Positions 43,211 through 53,219 of a stretch of 64,000 nt of DNA are shown here, piece by piece (the stretch's first letter is position 1; each line of letters starts with the position of its first letter). Source of the DNA: Vicinamibacteria bacterium. Its GTDB lineage: Bacteria > Acidobacteriota > Vicinamibacteria > Marinacidobacterales > Marinacidobacteraceae. Position numbers and translations under genes: made by a program. The notes below the pieces were generated by a model. It saw nothing but the letters and a program-made list of their open reading frames with translations, did no database searches and was not told the origin of the DNA. Location: contig CAXXLQ010000004.1 of the NCBI GenBank assembly GCA_963668695.2, positions 1,920,001 to 1,984,000 of the forward strand, read 5' to 3'.

Positions 43211-43693
43211 TCAGTTGGAAGATCCGCCGGATTCTGCCCAGGCGACCGGATCGCCGATCCGGATCGTTCCGCCGTTCACCACTTCCCCGAACGCGCCGGC
43301 CCTCCAGTCGGGGGAGAGCGTCTCGCGCAGGCGGAGGGCGGCGGCGTCCATCCGTTCACATGGCTTCGTTTCCCCATGAATCAGGATCCGCGTCTCGCCG
43401 ACCGTGAGCGTGCGGCCGATGGTCTCCCGAAAATCAACGCCGGTCACCAACAGGTTGGCCCGGCGAAGCGCCGGGTCCATTTCGGGCTGCGCGGCCTCGA
43501 CCGCGGCGCGTTCCCAGGCTTCCCGCGACAGGACAGTCACCTGCCGCTTGCCTCGGGCGGGCGCGGAACCGCGGAGTCCCTCCCCGGCGATCAGCTCCCC
43601 TTCGGATCGGGGGATCATGGGTTCGCCGCGGGCTCCCTTGGCCCAGATGGCGAGCAGGCTGCCGGATTCGCGGTGACTGGATGAATCTTGCAT
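43211..43693 (-). CDS. MOSC-domain protein
   Basis: RQVTVLS, RRANLLV, PCERMD, GGTIRIGD. Confidence 0.85.
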   Translation of the reverse strand: MQDSSSHRESGSLLAIWAKGARGEPMIPRSEGELIAGEGLRGSAPARGKRQVTVLSREAWERAAVEAAQPEMDPALRRANLLVTGVDFRETIGRTLTVGETRILIHGETKPCERMDAAALRLRETLSPDWRAGAFGEVVNGGTIRIGDPVAWAESGGSSN

Positions 43694-43882
43694 GGTGGTC
43701 TTTCGGGCGGGCGGCTCGGCCGAGCCGCAATCCTACCGCTCCACCCGGTTGCCCGGGGGTGGAATCGACCCGCCGGCGCTCTCGCGGCGAGGAGCGTCAT
43801 CATTCCCGGTCTCGGCCGGTCGCGGCTCCGGAGGAGAGCCCTCCCGGGCCGTGAACCGGCCCGCATCGAAGGAGGATTTCGC

Positions 43883-44977
43883 TTGCGCGTCGCCGCTCTC
43901 ACGTCCGGAGGAGTGGACAGCTCTGTCGCGCTTGCCCGGCTGGCGCAGGCGGGCCACGACGTGCATGCCTTCTATCTGAAGGTCTGGCTCGAGGACGAAC
44001 TCGAACACCTCGGGGAGTGTCCGTGGGAAGACGATCTCCGCTACGCCCGCGCAGTCGCCGGGCAGTTCGGGGTGCCGCTGACCGTGATCCCCCTGCAGCG
44101 CGCCTACCGGGAGAGTGTCGTCGCCTATCTGCTCGAGGAACTCGAGCGCGGCGGCACCCCCAGTCCCGACCTGTTCTGCAACTCGCGGATCAAATTCGGC
44201 GCCTTCGCCGACTGGGTGGACGCCGAGATTCCGGGCGGCCGTTTCGAGAGGCTGGCGACGGGCCACTACGCGCGGCGGGTGGAGACCGCGGACGGAATCG
44301 AACTGCACCGCGCGCCCGATCCGGTGAAGGACCAGACCTACTTCCTTTCGCGCATCAGCCTCGGCCAGCTCGAGCGCTCGTTGTTCCCGGTGGGTGACCT
44401 GCACAAGACCGAGGTCCGGGAGATCGCCGCCCAACTCCGATTGGCCCCGCAGGACCGCCGCGACAGCCAGGGCATCTGCTTCCTCGGGGGCGTTCGCTAC
44501 CGGGACTTCGTCACTGCCCACCTGGGCAACCGGGAAGGTCCGGTCGTGGACGAAACGACCGGCGACGAGATCGGCACCCACCGGGGGCACTGGTTGTTCA
44601 CGACTGGCCAGCGGCGCGGTCTCGGCCTGTCGGGAGGGCCCTGGTTCGTCGCCGGGAAGGATCCGGCGACGAACCGGGTGATCGTGCGCCGGGGCGTCGG
44701 CCGGCCCGCGAGCCGCTTCCGCCTCGAGGAACTTCACTGGATCGGGGCCGGCGCGTCCTCCGGTGCGGAACGGCTTCTGGTGCGGGTGCGACACGGACCC
44801 GAACTTGCCCCGGCCCGGGTCTGCTGGGACGAGACGGGGGCAGGGGAGGTCGTCCTCGACCAACCGGACGAGGGCATCGCCCCCGGGCAGTTCGCGGTGC
44901 TCTACCGGGGTGCGCGCTGCCTCGGATCGGGGCGGATTCAGGCGCCGGAAGCCGGCACGATGTCACGACAGGCGTAA
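43883..44977 (+). CDS. mnmA: tRNA 2-thiouridine synthase MnmA
   Basis: AAGGAGG then TTG; SGGVDSS, PDLFCN, ATGHY, KDQTYFL, SQGICF, PGQ. Confidence 0.95.
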   Translation: MRVAALTSGGVDSSVALARLAQAGHDVHAFYLKVWLEDELEHLGECPWEDDLRYARAVAGQFGVPLTVIPLQRAYRESVVAYLLEELERGGTPSPDLFCNSRIKFGAFADWVDAEIPGGRFERLATGHYARRVETADGIELHRAPDPVKDQTYFLSRISLGQLERSLFPVGDLHKTEVREIAAQLRLAPQDRRDSQGICFLGGVRYRDFVTAHLGNREGPVVDETTGDEIGTHRGHWLFTTGQRRGLGLSGGPWFVAGKDPATNRVIVRRGVGRPASRFRLEELHWIGAGASSGAERLLVRVRHGPELAPARVCWDETGAGEVVLDQPDEGIAPGQFAVLYRGARCLGSGRIQAPEAGTMSRQA

Positions 44978-45558
44978 ACAACCGCCGGCGGCACGTTCTT
45001 CCAGACCACCGAACCACGCTCGACGGTCCGGAATCGCGCGTGGAGGAGCCGTAAGAACGGCGAACGCCGCCAGAAAGGCAGCGCCTGGACATAGATGTAG
45101 AAGAGCAGTTGTCCGTCGGGGGTCAGGGTGTCCAGGATCGCCTCCAGCATGCTGGCCTGTTTGTCCTCGGGGACTACGGACCAGGGAAGCGTCGCCACCA
45201 CCACCCCCACTTCGCCGACGTTTTCGCTGGCGCAGATGGAACACAGGTTGACGAGGTCGTCCACCACCACCTTCAGGTCGGGTATCCGGCGCGCGAGGGC
45301 ATGCGCGCACGTCTGGTTGAGTTCAACCGCGAGGAACGGCGTACCCGCTGGTTTCGCTGCCAGCAGATGTTCCGTGATGGCGCCATCTCCCGGTCCGGCT
45401 TCGATGACCGCGGCCCGTTCGGGCCAGCGGACCGCCTCGGCCATGGCGATACCGAGCGCCGGCGAGCTGCGCCGGAGGGCGCCGACCTCGCGGGGCCGGG
45501 CCACGAATTGCCGGAAGATGGGCGAGTCCGCCGGCGCGGTTCCGTCCTGCTTGGGCAT
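44938..45558 (-). CDS. Class I SAM methyltransferase (phospholipid N-methyltransferase-like)
   Basis: EVGAL..SS, IEAGPGDGAIT, TLPW, NVPPA.VY. Confidence 0.82.
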   Translation of the reverse strand: MPKQDGTAPADSPIFRQFVARPREVGALRRSSPALGIAMAEAVRWPERAAVIEAGPGDGAITEHLLAAKPAGTPFLAVELNQTCAHALARRIPDLKVVVDDLVNLCSICASENVGEVGVVVATLPWSVVPEDKQASMLEAILDTLTPDGQLLFYIYVQALPFWRRSPFLRLLHARFRTVERGSVVWKNVPPAVVYACRDIVPASGA

Positions 45559-45579
45559 GCTCGCGCCGGGCGCCGTCTA

Positions 45580-45712
45580 GCAGCCTGTGGATGAAGTGGC
45601 GAGAGCGCCGAGAGCGCCAGTTCTCCCGGTGGGCGGGCGCTTCAGCCGGGATGGATCGCCGCTCGAGCCCCCACCGGGAGAACTGGGCCGCGTGACTTTG
45701 TCCACAGGCTGC
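45580..45712. mobile_element. Internally deleted A element
   Basis: CTAG on both flanks, both TIRs present, core missing; ends on a TAG stop. Confidence 0.8.
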
Positions 45713-46236
45713 TAGGCTCGCCTCGCGGTGATGCGCTGGGTCGTGAACCCGAGCCAGTGGAGCCTCCCCAGGTGCCGTGCGTGTTCGACCTTCATGCAGC
45801 GGTCCATGACGACTTCCAGCCCGAGTGCCCGGGCCCGTTCGGCGGCGTCGTGGTGGATGACTCCATACTGCAGCCAGATGGCCTTGGCCTTGCCGGCGCA
45901 CTCCTCGACGATGCCGGGGACCGCTGCCGGGGCCCGGAAGACGTTCACGATGTCCACGGGCTCCTCGATTGCCGCGACGCTCGGATAGCACCGTTCTCCC
46001 AGGATCTCCGACTCCCGGGGATTGACGGGGATCACTCGGTAACCGTTCCGTTGCAGGTAGAAGCCCACGAAATAACTGGCTCGCAGTTCCTTCGGAGAGA
46101 GTCCGACGACGGCTACGGTCCGGGCCTCGGTCAGCAAACGTCGGATGGCTCCGGCATCCTGGTACTGGCCGAGGTCCGGTCCCGACCCGTTCCCGGGTGC
46201 GCGGGGTGGGAGTTCGCCGGCGATTACAGGGGACAT
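45712..46236 (-). CDS. CoA-binding protein (YccU-like)
   Basis: VAVVGLS, VIPVNP, DIVNVFR, IWLQYG, MDRCMKVEH. Confidence 0.92.
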   Translation of the reverse strand: MSPVIAGELPPRAPGNGSGPDLGQYQDAGAIRRLLTEARTVAVVGLSPKELRASYFVGFYLQRNGYRVIPVNPRESEILGERCYPSVAAIEEPVDIVNVFRAPAAVPGIVEECAGKAKAIWLQYGVIHHDAAERARALGLEVVMDRCMKVEHARHLGRLHWLGFTTQRITARRA

Positions 46237-47585
46237 GCCGCAGCCTCCTCGGTTGACGTTTCATGGTCGCCGGAAGATGTCGCGCTCGCCGCTTCCAGCC
46301 CGCGGGTCAGATCCCAGATGAGATCGTCTGGATCTTCGATCCCGATCGAGAGCCGAATGGTCCCCGGCGAAATGCCGGCGCCCCGCAGTTCGGCGTCGTC
46401 GAGCTGCCGGTGGGTCGTGCTCGCCGGATGGATCACCAGGCTCTTCGCGTCTCCGACGTTCGCGAGGTGGGAAAAGAGGTTGAGTTCCCCGATGAACCGT
46501 GCTCCGGCGTCTCTACCGCCCTTCAGGTTGAAGGAGAAGACCGCTCCCGCTCCCCGGGGAAGGTATTTGGCGGTTAGCGAGGCGTAACGGCTCCCGGGAA
46601 GCCCCGGGTGGGCCACCGTCTCGACTTCCGCCTGCCCTTCCAGGAAGGTCGCGATTCTCAGGGCGTTCGCCGTATGGCGCTCCATGCGGAGCGGCAAGGT
46701 CTCGACTCCGAGCGCGAAGAGGAAGGCGTTGAACGGCGACAGGCAGGCGCCGAGGTCCCGAAGCGTCTCCGCGCGGAGCTTCATCAAGAACCCGTACTCC
46801 CCGAAGGTGGCCTGAAACGCGAGCCCGTGGTACGCGGGGGACGGATCCGCGATTCCCGGAAACTTGCCGTTGTCCCAGGGGAAGCGCCCCGACTCCACCA
46901 CGACGCCGCCGATGCTGGTCCCGTGGCCGCCGATGAACTTGGTGGTGGAGTGGACCACGAGGTCGGCTCCCCATTCGAGGGGCCGGCAGAGGTAGGGGGT
47001 GGCGAAGGTGCTGTCCACCATGAGGGGAACCCCGTTTTGGTGCGCGACGTCCGCCACGGCCTCGATGTCGAGGACGTTGCCGCCTGGGTTGCCGATGGTT
47101 TCGCCGAAGAGCAGACGGGTTTCCGGACGCACCGCGTCCTTCCAGGCTTCGAGGCGGTCCGGGTCCACGAAGGTGACTTCGTATCCGAGCTTCCGTTCGA
47201 GATGCTTGATCTGGGTGAGGGTGCCGCCGTAGAGCGCGCGGGACGCCACCACGTGGTCGCCGGGCTGCAGCGCGGTGAAGAACGCGGCCGCCTGGGCGGC
47301 GAGCCCGGACGCAAAGGCCACCGCACCCACCCCGCCCTCGAGATTCGCGATCCGCTCTTCGAAGGCGGCCACGGTGGGGTTCATGATCCGCGAATACGTG
47401 TTCCCGTATTCCTGCAGGTTGAAGTAGGCCGCCGCCGCATCGGGATCCTCGAAGACGTAGCTGGTTGTCTGGAAGATCGGGGTGGCGCGCGCCCCGGTGT
47501 ATGGCTCGGGCCGGGCGCCGGCGTGCACCGCCCGGGTGGCAAAACCGAACCCGCGGGTTTCGGCTCCGACTTCTTTCTCGGTCAT
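46224..47585 (-). CDS. metY: O-acetylhomoserine aminocarboxypropyltransferase/sulfhydrylase
   Basis: PIFQTTSY, YSRIMNPT, HSTTKFIGGHG, HLANVGDAKSLVIHPASTTH. Confidence 0.95.
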   Translation of the reverse strand: MTEKEVGAETRGFGFATRAVHAGARPEPYTGARATPIFQTTSYVFEDPDAAAAYFNLQEYGNTYSRIMNPTVAAFEERIANLEGGVGAVAFASGLAAQAAAFFTALQPGDHVVASRALYGGTLTQIKHLERKLGYEVTFVDPDRLEAWKDAVRPETRLLFGETIGNPGGNVLDIEAVADVAHQNGVPLMVDSTFATPYLCRPLEWGADLVVHSTTKFIGGHGTSIGGVVVESGRFPWDNGKFPGIADPSPAYHGLAFQATFGEYGFLMKLRAETLRDLGACLSPFNAFLFALGVETLPLRMERHTANALRIATFLEGQAEVETVAHPGLPGSRYASLTAKYLPRGAGAVFSFNLKGGRDAGARFIGELNLFSHLANVGDAKSLVIHPASTTHRQLDDAELRGAGISPGTIRLSIGIEDPDDLIWDLTRGLEAASATSSGDHETSTEEAAACPL

Positions 47586-48808
47586 GGGGCGTCTGCTTTC
47601 TCCGGAAGATTCAGGAATCCGCGAACGAGGGGGGTCATCCGACCCGCTTCCAGCAGGAAGGAGTCATGTCCGTACGTCGTCTCGATCTCGTGATGAACCA
47701 CGCTCTTTCGGCGGGCCTTGAGCGCCGCGGCGAGTTTTCGGGAATCGCGGGAAGGGTATAGCCAATCCGAGGAGAAGGAGAGGAGGAGGGTGCGGCAACG
47801 GAATCGGTCCACGGCCGCTTCGAGATCTCCCGCTCCGTAGCGTTTCGCCAGATCGAACCGGGTGAGCGCCCACGACAGGAGCAGATAGGCGTTGGCGTCA
47901 AACCGCCGGTTGAATTTCGCGGCCTGGTGGACGAGGTAGGACTCCACCTGGAAGTCCGCGGCGAGGAGGTCGCCGGCGAAGTCTTGCCGGCCCTGGAGCC
48001 CGCGGCCGAACTTGGCGTCCATGCCGGGCGCCGAGACGTAGGTCAGATGTCCCACCATGCGGGCGATGGCGAGACCGTGGAACGGTCGCGTTCCCTGTTC
48101 CGCGTAGCGGCCGGCGCGCCACTGGGGGTCGGCCGTGATGGCGCTCCTCGCGATCCAGCTCCAGCCGATGCCCTGCGCCGACAGGCCGGCGGTGCTCGCG
48201 ACCGCGACGACGGCGTCCACCTCGTCCGGGTAGGCCGCCGCCCACTCGAGTCCCTGCATGCCTCCGAGCGAACCGCCCGCGATGCCCCGGAGCCGCCGGA
48301 CTCCAAGTTCGTGCAGGCCGGCGCGGGAAGCACGGACGAGGTCCCCCACGGTGACCACCGGAAAGTCGGGTCCGTAGGGTCGGCCGGTGTCCGGGTTCGG
48401 GCTCAGCGGACCCGTGGTGCCGCCGCAGCCGCCCAGCAGGCTCAGGCAGACCACCTGGAAGCGACCGGTGTCGAACGCCTTGCCGGGACCGATCATGGGA
48501 TCCCACCAGCCGAGTCCCTCACTCTCGGCGCCGTCCCCGGCGCCGAACCCGTCCACCGCCGATTCGCGTCCGCCCCCCCGTCCTGCCGCGTGCGCGTCGG
48601 CCGAGAGCGCGGGGCAGATCAGGACGGTGTTTGCACCGTCCGGGTCGGGTTCTCCCCATGTTTCACAGGCGATTTCCAGATGGGGAAGGACGGCGCCACT
48701 TTCGAGAGGAAAGGGCCCGGGCGGTGTGAGGAGAAGCCGGCGATGCGGCGAAGCGTTCGCTGGTACCTCCCAGGGCTCCCGCCTGAGACGGCCGGCGGCC
48801 GGGATCAC
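47582..48808 (-). CDS. metX: Homoserine O-acetyltransferase
   Basis: ALSADAH, GWWDPMIGPG, GGSLGG, SDWLYP, GHDSFL; GTG overlaps upstream stop. Confidence 0.92.
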   Translation of the reverse strand: MIPAAGRLRREPWEVPANASPHRRLLLTPPGPFPLESGAVLPHLEIACETWGEPDPDGANTVLICPALSADAHAAGRGGGRESAVDGFGAGDGAESEGLGWWDPMIGPGKAFDTGRFQVVCLSLLGGCGGTTGPLSPNPDTGRPYGPDFPVVTVGDLVRASRAGLHELGVRRLRGIAGGSLGGMQGLEWAAAYPDEVDAVVAVASTAGLSAQGIGWSWIARSAITADPQWRAGRYAEQGTRPFHGLAIARMVGHLTYVSAPGMDAKFGRGLQGRQDFAGDLLAADFQVESYLVHQAAKFNRRFDANAYLLLSWALTRFDLAKRYGAGDLEAAVDRFRCRTLLLSFSSDWLYPSRDSRKLAAALKARRKSVVHHEIETTYGHDSFLLEAGRMTPLVRGFLNLPEKADAP

Positions 48809-49560
48809 GACCGAAGCCACAGCGCGACCGCAAAGGCCAGGGTCGCCCCCGCTACCACGAACCGCAGGATCCGGTCGCCGGCCCGCAGGGTCAGCCGGGC
48901 GCCGACGAGGGCCCCGCCGAAGGTTCCGAGGCCGAGGGTGAGCCCGACGCCCCAATCCACCACCCCATTCATGGCGAAGACCGCGAGAGACACGATGGAG
49001 AACAGGAAGATGCAGGCGACCTTGATGGCGTTCCCGGCGACGAGTCCGTACCCGGCCCAGCTGGTGGCCCCGAGGGACAAGAACCCGACCCCTGCCTGGA
49101 CGAATCCGCCGTAGAACCCGACGACGACGAATCCCGCGAGGAGTCCCGGCCCTACCCGGGGGGTGCCGCCTTCCCTCGTGGGGGCGCTCAGGTGGAGGAG
49201 TGGGAACAGGGTGAACAGCACCATTACGATGGACAGGAAGCGCAGGAATGCGGCCTCGCCGATATGCACTGCCAGGGTGCTCCCGAGCCCCGCGCCCACG
49301 ATTGCCACCGCCCCCAGCCGGGTCATTACCGAAACCGGAATCACATCGGCGCGGCGGAAAGCCGCGGTGGCGCCCGCGGTCTGAATCAGGATTGCGAGCC
49401 GATTCGTTCCATTGGCCACGTTGTGGGGCAGACCCATGAAGATGAGCAAGGGCAGGGTGAGGAACGACCCGCCTCCGGCGACCACGTTGAGCGCCCCCGC
49501 GACGAAGCCCACCGGAATGAGCAACAGGGCGGGGAGGAGCGAATCAGCGATCGTCGCCAC
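48805..49560 (-). CDS. TauE/SafE (TSUP) family transporter
   Basis: AGALNVVAGGGS, ANGTN, GFYGGFVQAGVG; start tentative. Confidence 0.88.
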   Translation of the reverse strand: MATIADSLLPALLLIPVGFVAGALNVVAGGGSFLTLPLLIFMGLPHNVANGTNRLAILIQTAGATAAFRRADVIPVSVMTRLGAVAIVGAGLGSTLAVHIGEAAFLRFLSIVMVLFTLFPLLHLSAPTREGGTPRVGPGLLAGFVVVGFYGGFVQAGVGFLSLGATSWAGYGLVAGNAIKVACIFLFSIVSLAVFAMNGVVDWGVGLTLGLGTFGGALVGARLTLRAGDRILRFVVAGATLAFAVALWLRS

Positions 49561-49969
49561 CTTCCGAGGTCCGGCAGAACTCGAGCGCCGCGGAGTTGAT
49601 GCACCAGCGCTGCCCGGTCTCCTCGGGCGGGCCGTCCGGGAACACGTGGCCGAGGTGGGCGTCGCATCGTGCGCAGGTCGCTTCCGTGCGCACCATTCCG
49701 AGGCTCCGGTCCACCGAGGTCGCGATCGTTTCCTGTTCCGCAGGCCGGGTGAAGCTGGGCCAGCCGCTCCCGGAGTCGTACTTGTCTGCTGAAGAGAAGA
49801 GGAGGGCGCCACAGCACACGCAGCGGTATTCCCCGGCCGCGTGGTTCTGATAGTGAGCCCCGCTAGAGGGTGGTTCGGTGGCGCCCTGACGGGTGACGGC
49901 GAACTGTTCCGGGGTCAGCCGGGCCCGCCATTCGGCGTTGGTCTTTTGGGTCTTTTCGTTGTTGCTCAT
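49544..49969 (-). CDS. msrB: Peptide-methionine (R)-S-oxide reductase
   Basis: LTPEQF..TE, SGSGWPSF, HLGHVFPDGP, RWCINS. Confidence 0.96.
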   Translation of the reverse strand: MSNNEKTQKTNAEWRARLTPEQFAVTRQGATEPPSSGAHYQNHAAGEYRCVCCGALLFSSADKYDSGSGWPSFTRPAEQETIATSVDRSLGMVRTEATCARCDAHLGHVFPDGPPEETGQRWCINSAALEFCRTSEGGDDR

Positions 49970-50040
49970 ACGGTATCGGGGGGTCTATTCGGCGTTGGAT
50001 CGCTTGGTGTTTGCTGGGTTCGCGATGGTTTTTGTCCTCG

Positions 50041-50560
50041 GCAGCCGGTGGCGTGAATCTGCCAGCGTCAACTCGCGGCGCGGAGCGCCGCAGGGGTGGG
50101 GTGCGGGGAGGAGTTTCCCCTCCCCGCGAAAAAGGGTGACGCGAAGTGCCCAGCGCTTCGCGCCACCATCAGCCGGTGGGCAGAGTGGCGAGAGCGGCCA
50201 GTCCTCCCGGTGGGGGCGAGGCGCCCGGCTGACAAGGCGCGCGAGGGAGGAGCCCCCACCGGGAGAACTGGCCCGGGTGTATTTCGACCGAAGCGCAACG
50301 ATGAGCCGCGCGGAGCGGGGCAGTTCAGCCGGGATGCATCGCCGCTCGCTTCCGGAGCGGGGCGCGGGCACCGCGGAGACCCCGGAGCGGAAGGGACGGG
50401 GGACGGGGCCACTCGACCCCCATCCCTTCTGGCTCGGGAATGCCACGGGACTCTGTCTACAGGCTGCTTGCCGGTGGGGAAAGCGCCCGGCATCCCGGAC
50501 CGCCGGCTCTGTCGTGTCCTCCTTGCTTGCGTGATGCGGGGCGCTTTGTCCATGGGCGGT
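50041..50560. mobile_element. Body-C element with nested A(D) element (50169-50467)
   Basis: Removing the insert restores a sequence colinear with the 17094 and 30984 C copies. Confidence 0.75.
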
Positions 50561-50562
50561 CA

Positions 50563-50798
50563 ACAGCCTGTGGTGGAGCCCGGGTGAGCGCCGAGAGCGG
50601 CCAGTCCTCCCGGTGGGGGCGAGGCGCCCGGCTGACAAGGCGCGTGAGGGAGGAGCCCCCACCGGGAGAACTGGCCCGAGTGTATTTCGACCGAAACGCA
50701 ACGCAGAGCGCCGCAAAGCGCCAGTTCTCCCGGTGGGGGGGCGGTTCAGGCGGGATGGATCGCCGCTCGAACGCCGCGTGGGTTTCACCACAGGCTGT
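50563..50798. mobile_element. MITE-like element, body A (three modules)
   Basis: Abuts previous element; right end on a TAA stop. Confidence 0.8.
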
Positions 50799-50977
50799 TA
50801 ATCGGCGAACCAGGCGCGGCCGATGATGAGGAGCCAGTAGAGAATCAGCGAAACCACGAGAGCTCGTCCGAACTCCCGAAGTTTGTCCAGGAACCGTGCC
50901 TTGCGGGGTCCCGGCACGAGGGCGTAGATCGCGGTCGCGATGGTGGCGACGATGGCGAGGTTGCGAAACCGGATCAT
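50798..50977 (-). CDS. Small two-TM hypothetical protein
   Basis: MIRFRNLAIVATIATAIYALVPG..LVVSLILYWLLIIG; GC3-rich codons. Confidence 0.6.
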   Translation of the reverse strand: MIRFRNLAIVATIATAIYALVPGPRKARFLDKLREFGRALVVSLILYWLLIIGRAWFAD

Positions 50978-51108
50978 CGCCCGGGAGTCTGTCCGAAAAG
51001 AGGGATGGGCGCCCGCCCCATCCATGTTTCCGGACAGGCTCCCGGCCCATGATAGTGGCGCCCGCCCGGCAGCCGACCGATCCTCTCAATGGTTCGGTCG
51101 GACAAGTA

Positions 51109-51141
51109 GGCGGGCCGACCGGCGGGCCGACCGGCGGGCCG
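51109..51141. repeat. 12-nt tandem repeat (GGCGGGCCGACC x2.75)
   Basis: Read directly. Confidence 0.7.
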
Positions 51142-51195
51142 GTCAACTGGCCGGCTGTTGCGGGGACCGCGGTCCTGGTTCGCCTGGCGCTCGTA

Positions 51196-51574
51196 ACAGC
51201 CGGTGGTGGAACCCGGGTGAGCGCCGAGGCCGGCCAGTTCTCCCGGTGGGGGCGAGGCGCCCGGCTGACAAGGCGCGTGAGGGAGGAGCCCCCACCGGGA
51301 GAACTGGCCCGAGTGCATTTCGACCGAAACGCAACGATGAGCGGCGCGTAGCGACGCGGTTCAGCCGGGATGGATCGCCGGCCGAGCCCCCACCGGGAGA
51401 ACTGGGCCGCGCGGGTTCCATTGCAGGCTGTTCAGCCGGGATGGATCGCCGGCCGTTTCCGGAGCGGGGCGCAAGCACCGCGTAGACCCCGGAGCGGAAG
51501 GGACGGGGGCGGGACCACCCGACCCCCTTCCCTTCTTGGCTCGGGAACGCCGCCTGGGTTTCACCACCGGCTGT
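51196..51574. mobile_element. A element with duplicated right end carrying module D
   Basis: TA flanks; TIR CAGCCGGTGGTGGAACCC / GGGTTTCACCACCGGCTG. Confidence 0.8.
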
Positions 51575-51751
51575 TAGCCCCGCCGCCGTCGTCGGCTCTT
51601 CGCCGGAGGGGGTGCTCCACCACTCGCAGAGCCGGACTGCTTCCCGCGCCGCGGCGGCGGCAGCGTCGCGGGACGATTCTCGAAGGTTATGATCCTGCCC
51701 GCCTCAGCGGTGGGTTTCGACCAGCGGGAGCCGCTGATCCGGGAGGAATTG

Positions 51752-52624
51752 ATGCCAGACGACGGAGTGAGGACGGAAGATATTGAGGAGGACGACGAGT
51801 GGGGAGGGGAACCCGACGAGGAGGCGCCGTCCGAAGCTGACCAGGCGGATTCCGCGTCGAGCGGGAAGCGGCGTGCCACGATTCTGGCAGCCATCGTGGC
51901 CCTTCTGATCGCGGCCGGAGCCGGTTATTGGTATTTCATTTATGGCCCGGGCAAGCCACCCGAGCCTCCGCCGCCCGTCGTGGAGGCGGAACCCGAACCC
52001 GTTGTCGAAGAGGAGCCGGAGCCGGAACTTCCTGCTCTCGACGCGAGCGATCCGTTCCTCCGGTCGCTGTTCGCGGCGATTACCGGGAACCCCGACGTCC
52101 TTGCGTGGCTGCTTGGCGACGATCTGGCGCGGCGCATTGCCGTGGCCACCGACAATGTCGCCGACGGGATTTCGCCGCGCCGGGCGCTCGCCGGGTTGTC
52201 TCCGGCGGATCCGTTTCGGGTTGTGGGTGAAGCAGAGGAACTCCACGTCCACCCGGCCGCGTTCGCCCGCTACGACTCGGTCGCGACCGCGCTCGAGGGC
52301 GCCGACAGTCCCGGGATGGCCCGGGTGATCCGCGAAGCACTGCCGATTCTGGATGCCGCCTACGCCGAGTTGGGCCGTCCCGACCGGACGTTCGTCGAGG
52401 CGCTGCTCGCGGCGCTTGACCGGCTCGCGGCCGTTCCAGTGCCCGAAACGCCCGTGCTGCTGGACGAACAGATCATGCGCTACGAATACCGCGACCCGGC
52501 GTTCGAGGAGCTTGACGACGCGAGCAAACACCTGCTCCGGTTTGGCCCCGACAACCAGGCCAAGGTCCAGGAAGCGGCCCGTGGCCTCGCCGAGCGGCTC
52601 CGAGCGGGCGGGGCGCCCTTTTAG
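51752..52624 (+). CDS. DUF3014 family membrane-anchored protein
   Basis: Acidic N-terminus, TM, LPALDASD, FARYD, AYAELG, YRDP..E.L..KHLLRFGPDN. Confidence 0.85.
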   Translation: MPDDGVRTEDIEEDDEWGGEPDEEAPSEADQADSASSGKRRATILAAIVALLIAAGAGYWYFIYGPGKPPEPPPPVVEAEPEPVVEEEPEPELPALDASDPFLRSLFAAITGNPDVLAWLLGDDLARRIAVATDNVADGISPRRALAGLSPADPFRVVGEAEELHVHPAAFARYDSVATALEGADSPGMARVIREALPILDAAYAELGRPDRTFVEALLAALDRLAAVPVPETPVLLDEQIMRYEYRDPAFEELDDASKHLLRFGPDNQAKVQEAARGLAERLRAGGAPF

Positions 52625-53180
52625 CACCCCGTGGAAAAAGCACCCCGCACGATTCCCCAAGGCAGTACGCGCTCCGATTCCGGCGATTTGTGCGCGTGCG
52701 GGGCGCTTTCCCCACGGGCAAGCAGCCTGTAGACAAAGTCACGTGGCATTCCCGAGCCAGAAGGGATGGGGGTCGAGTGGCCCCGTCCCCCGTCCCTTCC
52801 GCTCCGGGGTCTCCGCGGTGCTGGCGCCCCGCTCCGGAAGCGAGCGGCGATGCATCCCGGCTGGCCCCCACCGGGAGAACTGGCCGCCCCGCTTCGCGTG
52901 GCTCATCGTTGCGCTTCGGTCGAAATACACTCGGGCCAGTTCTCCCGGTGGGGGCTCCTCCCTCGCGCGCCTTGTCAGCCGGGCCCCCACCGGGAGGACT
53001 GGCCCCACCGGGAGAACTGGGCCTCAACGCTCTCGGTGCTCACGCGACTTTGTCCACAGGCTGCTCATCGAGCGAATCGCTCCGCGATCCGCACCATCGT
53101 CTTTCGCGGGGAGGGAAAACCCCTCCCCCGAGGCGCTGCGCGCCCCGAATGGAGCGCGCCAGAGTTTGGCCACCGCCTGC
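52624..53180. mobile_element. Body-C element with nested A(D) element (52722-53064)
   Basis: Starts in TAG stop; same composite as 50041-50560 in the opposite orientation. Confidence 0.78.
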
Positions 53181-53219
53181 TAACCAGAGCGCGCCGTTCA
53201 TCGGTTCCAGTCTTATCCC

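Noticed and set aside
44938-44977. 40-nt convergent overlap of mnmA and the methyltransferase
   Set aside because: Short 3' overlaps are common in GC-rich genomes.
49970-50040. SAM riboswitch ahead of the met genes
   Set aside because: No recognisable SAM-I core motifs by eye; an Rfam scan was not possible.
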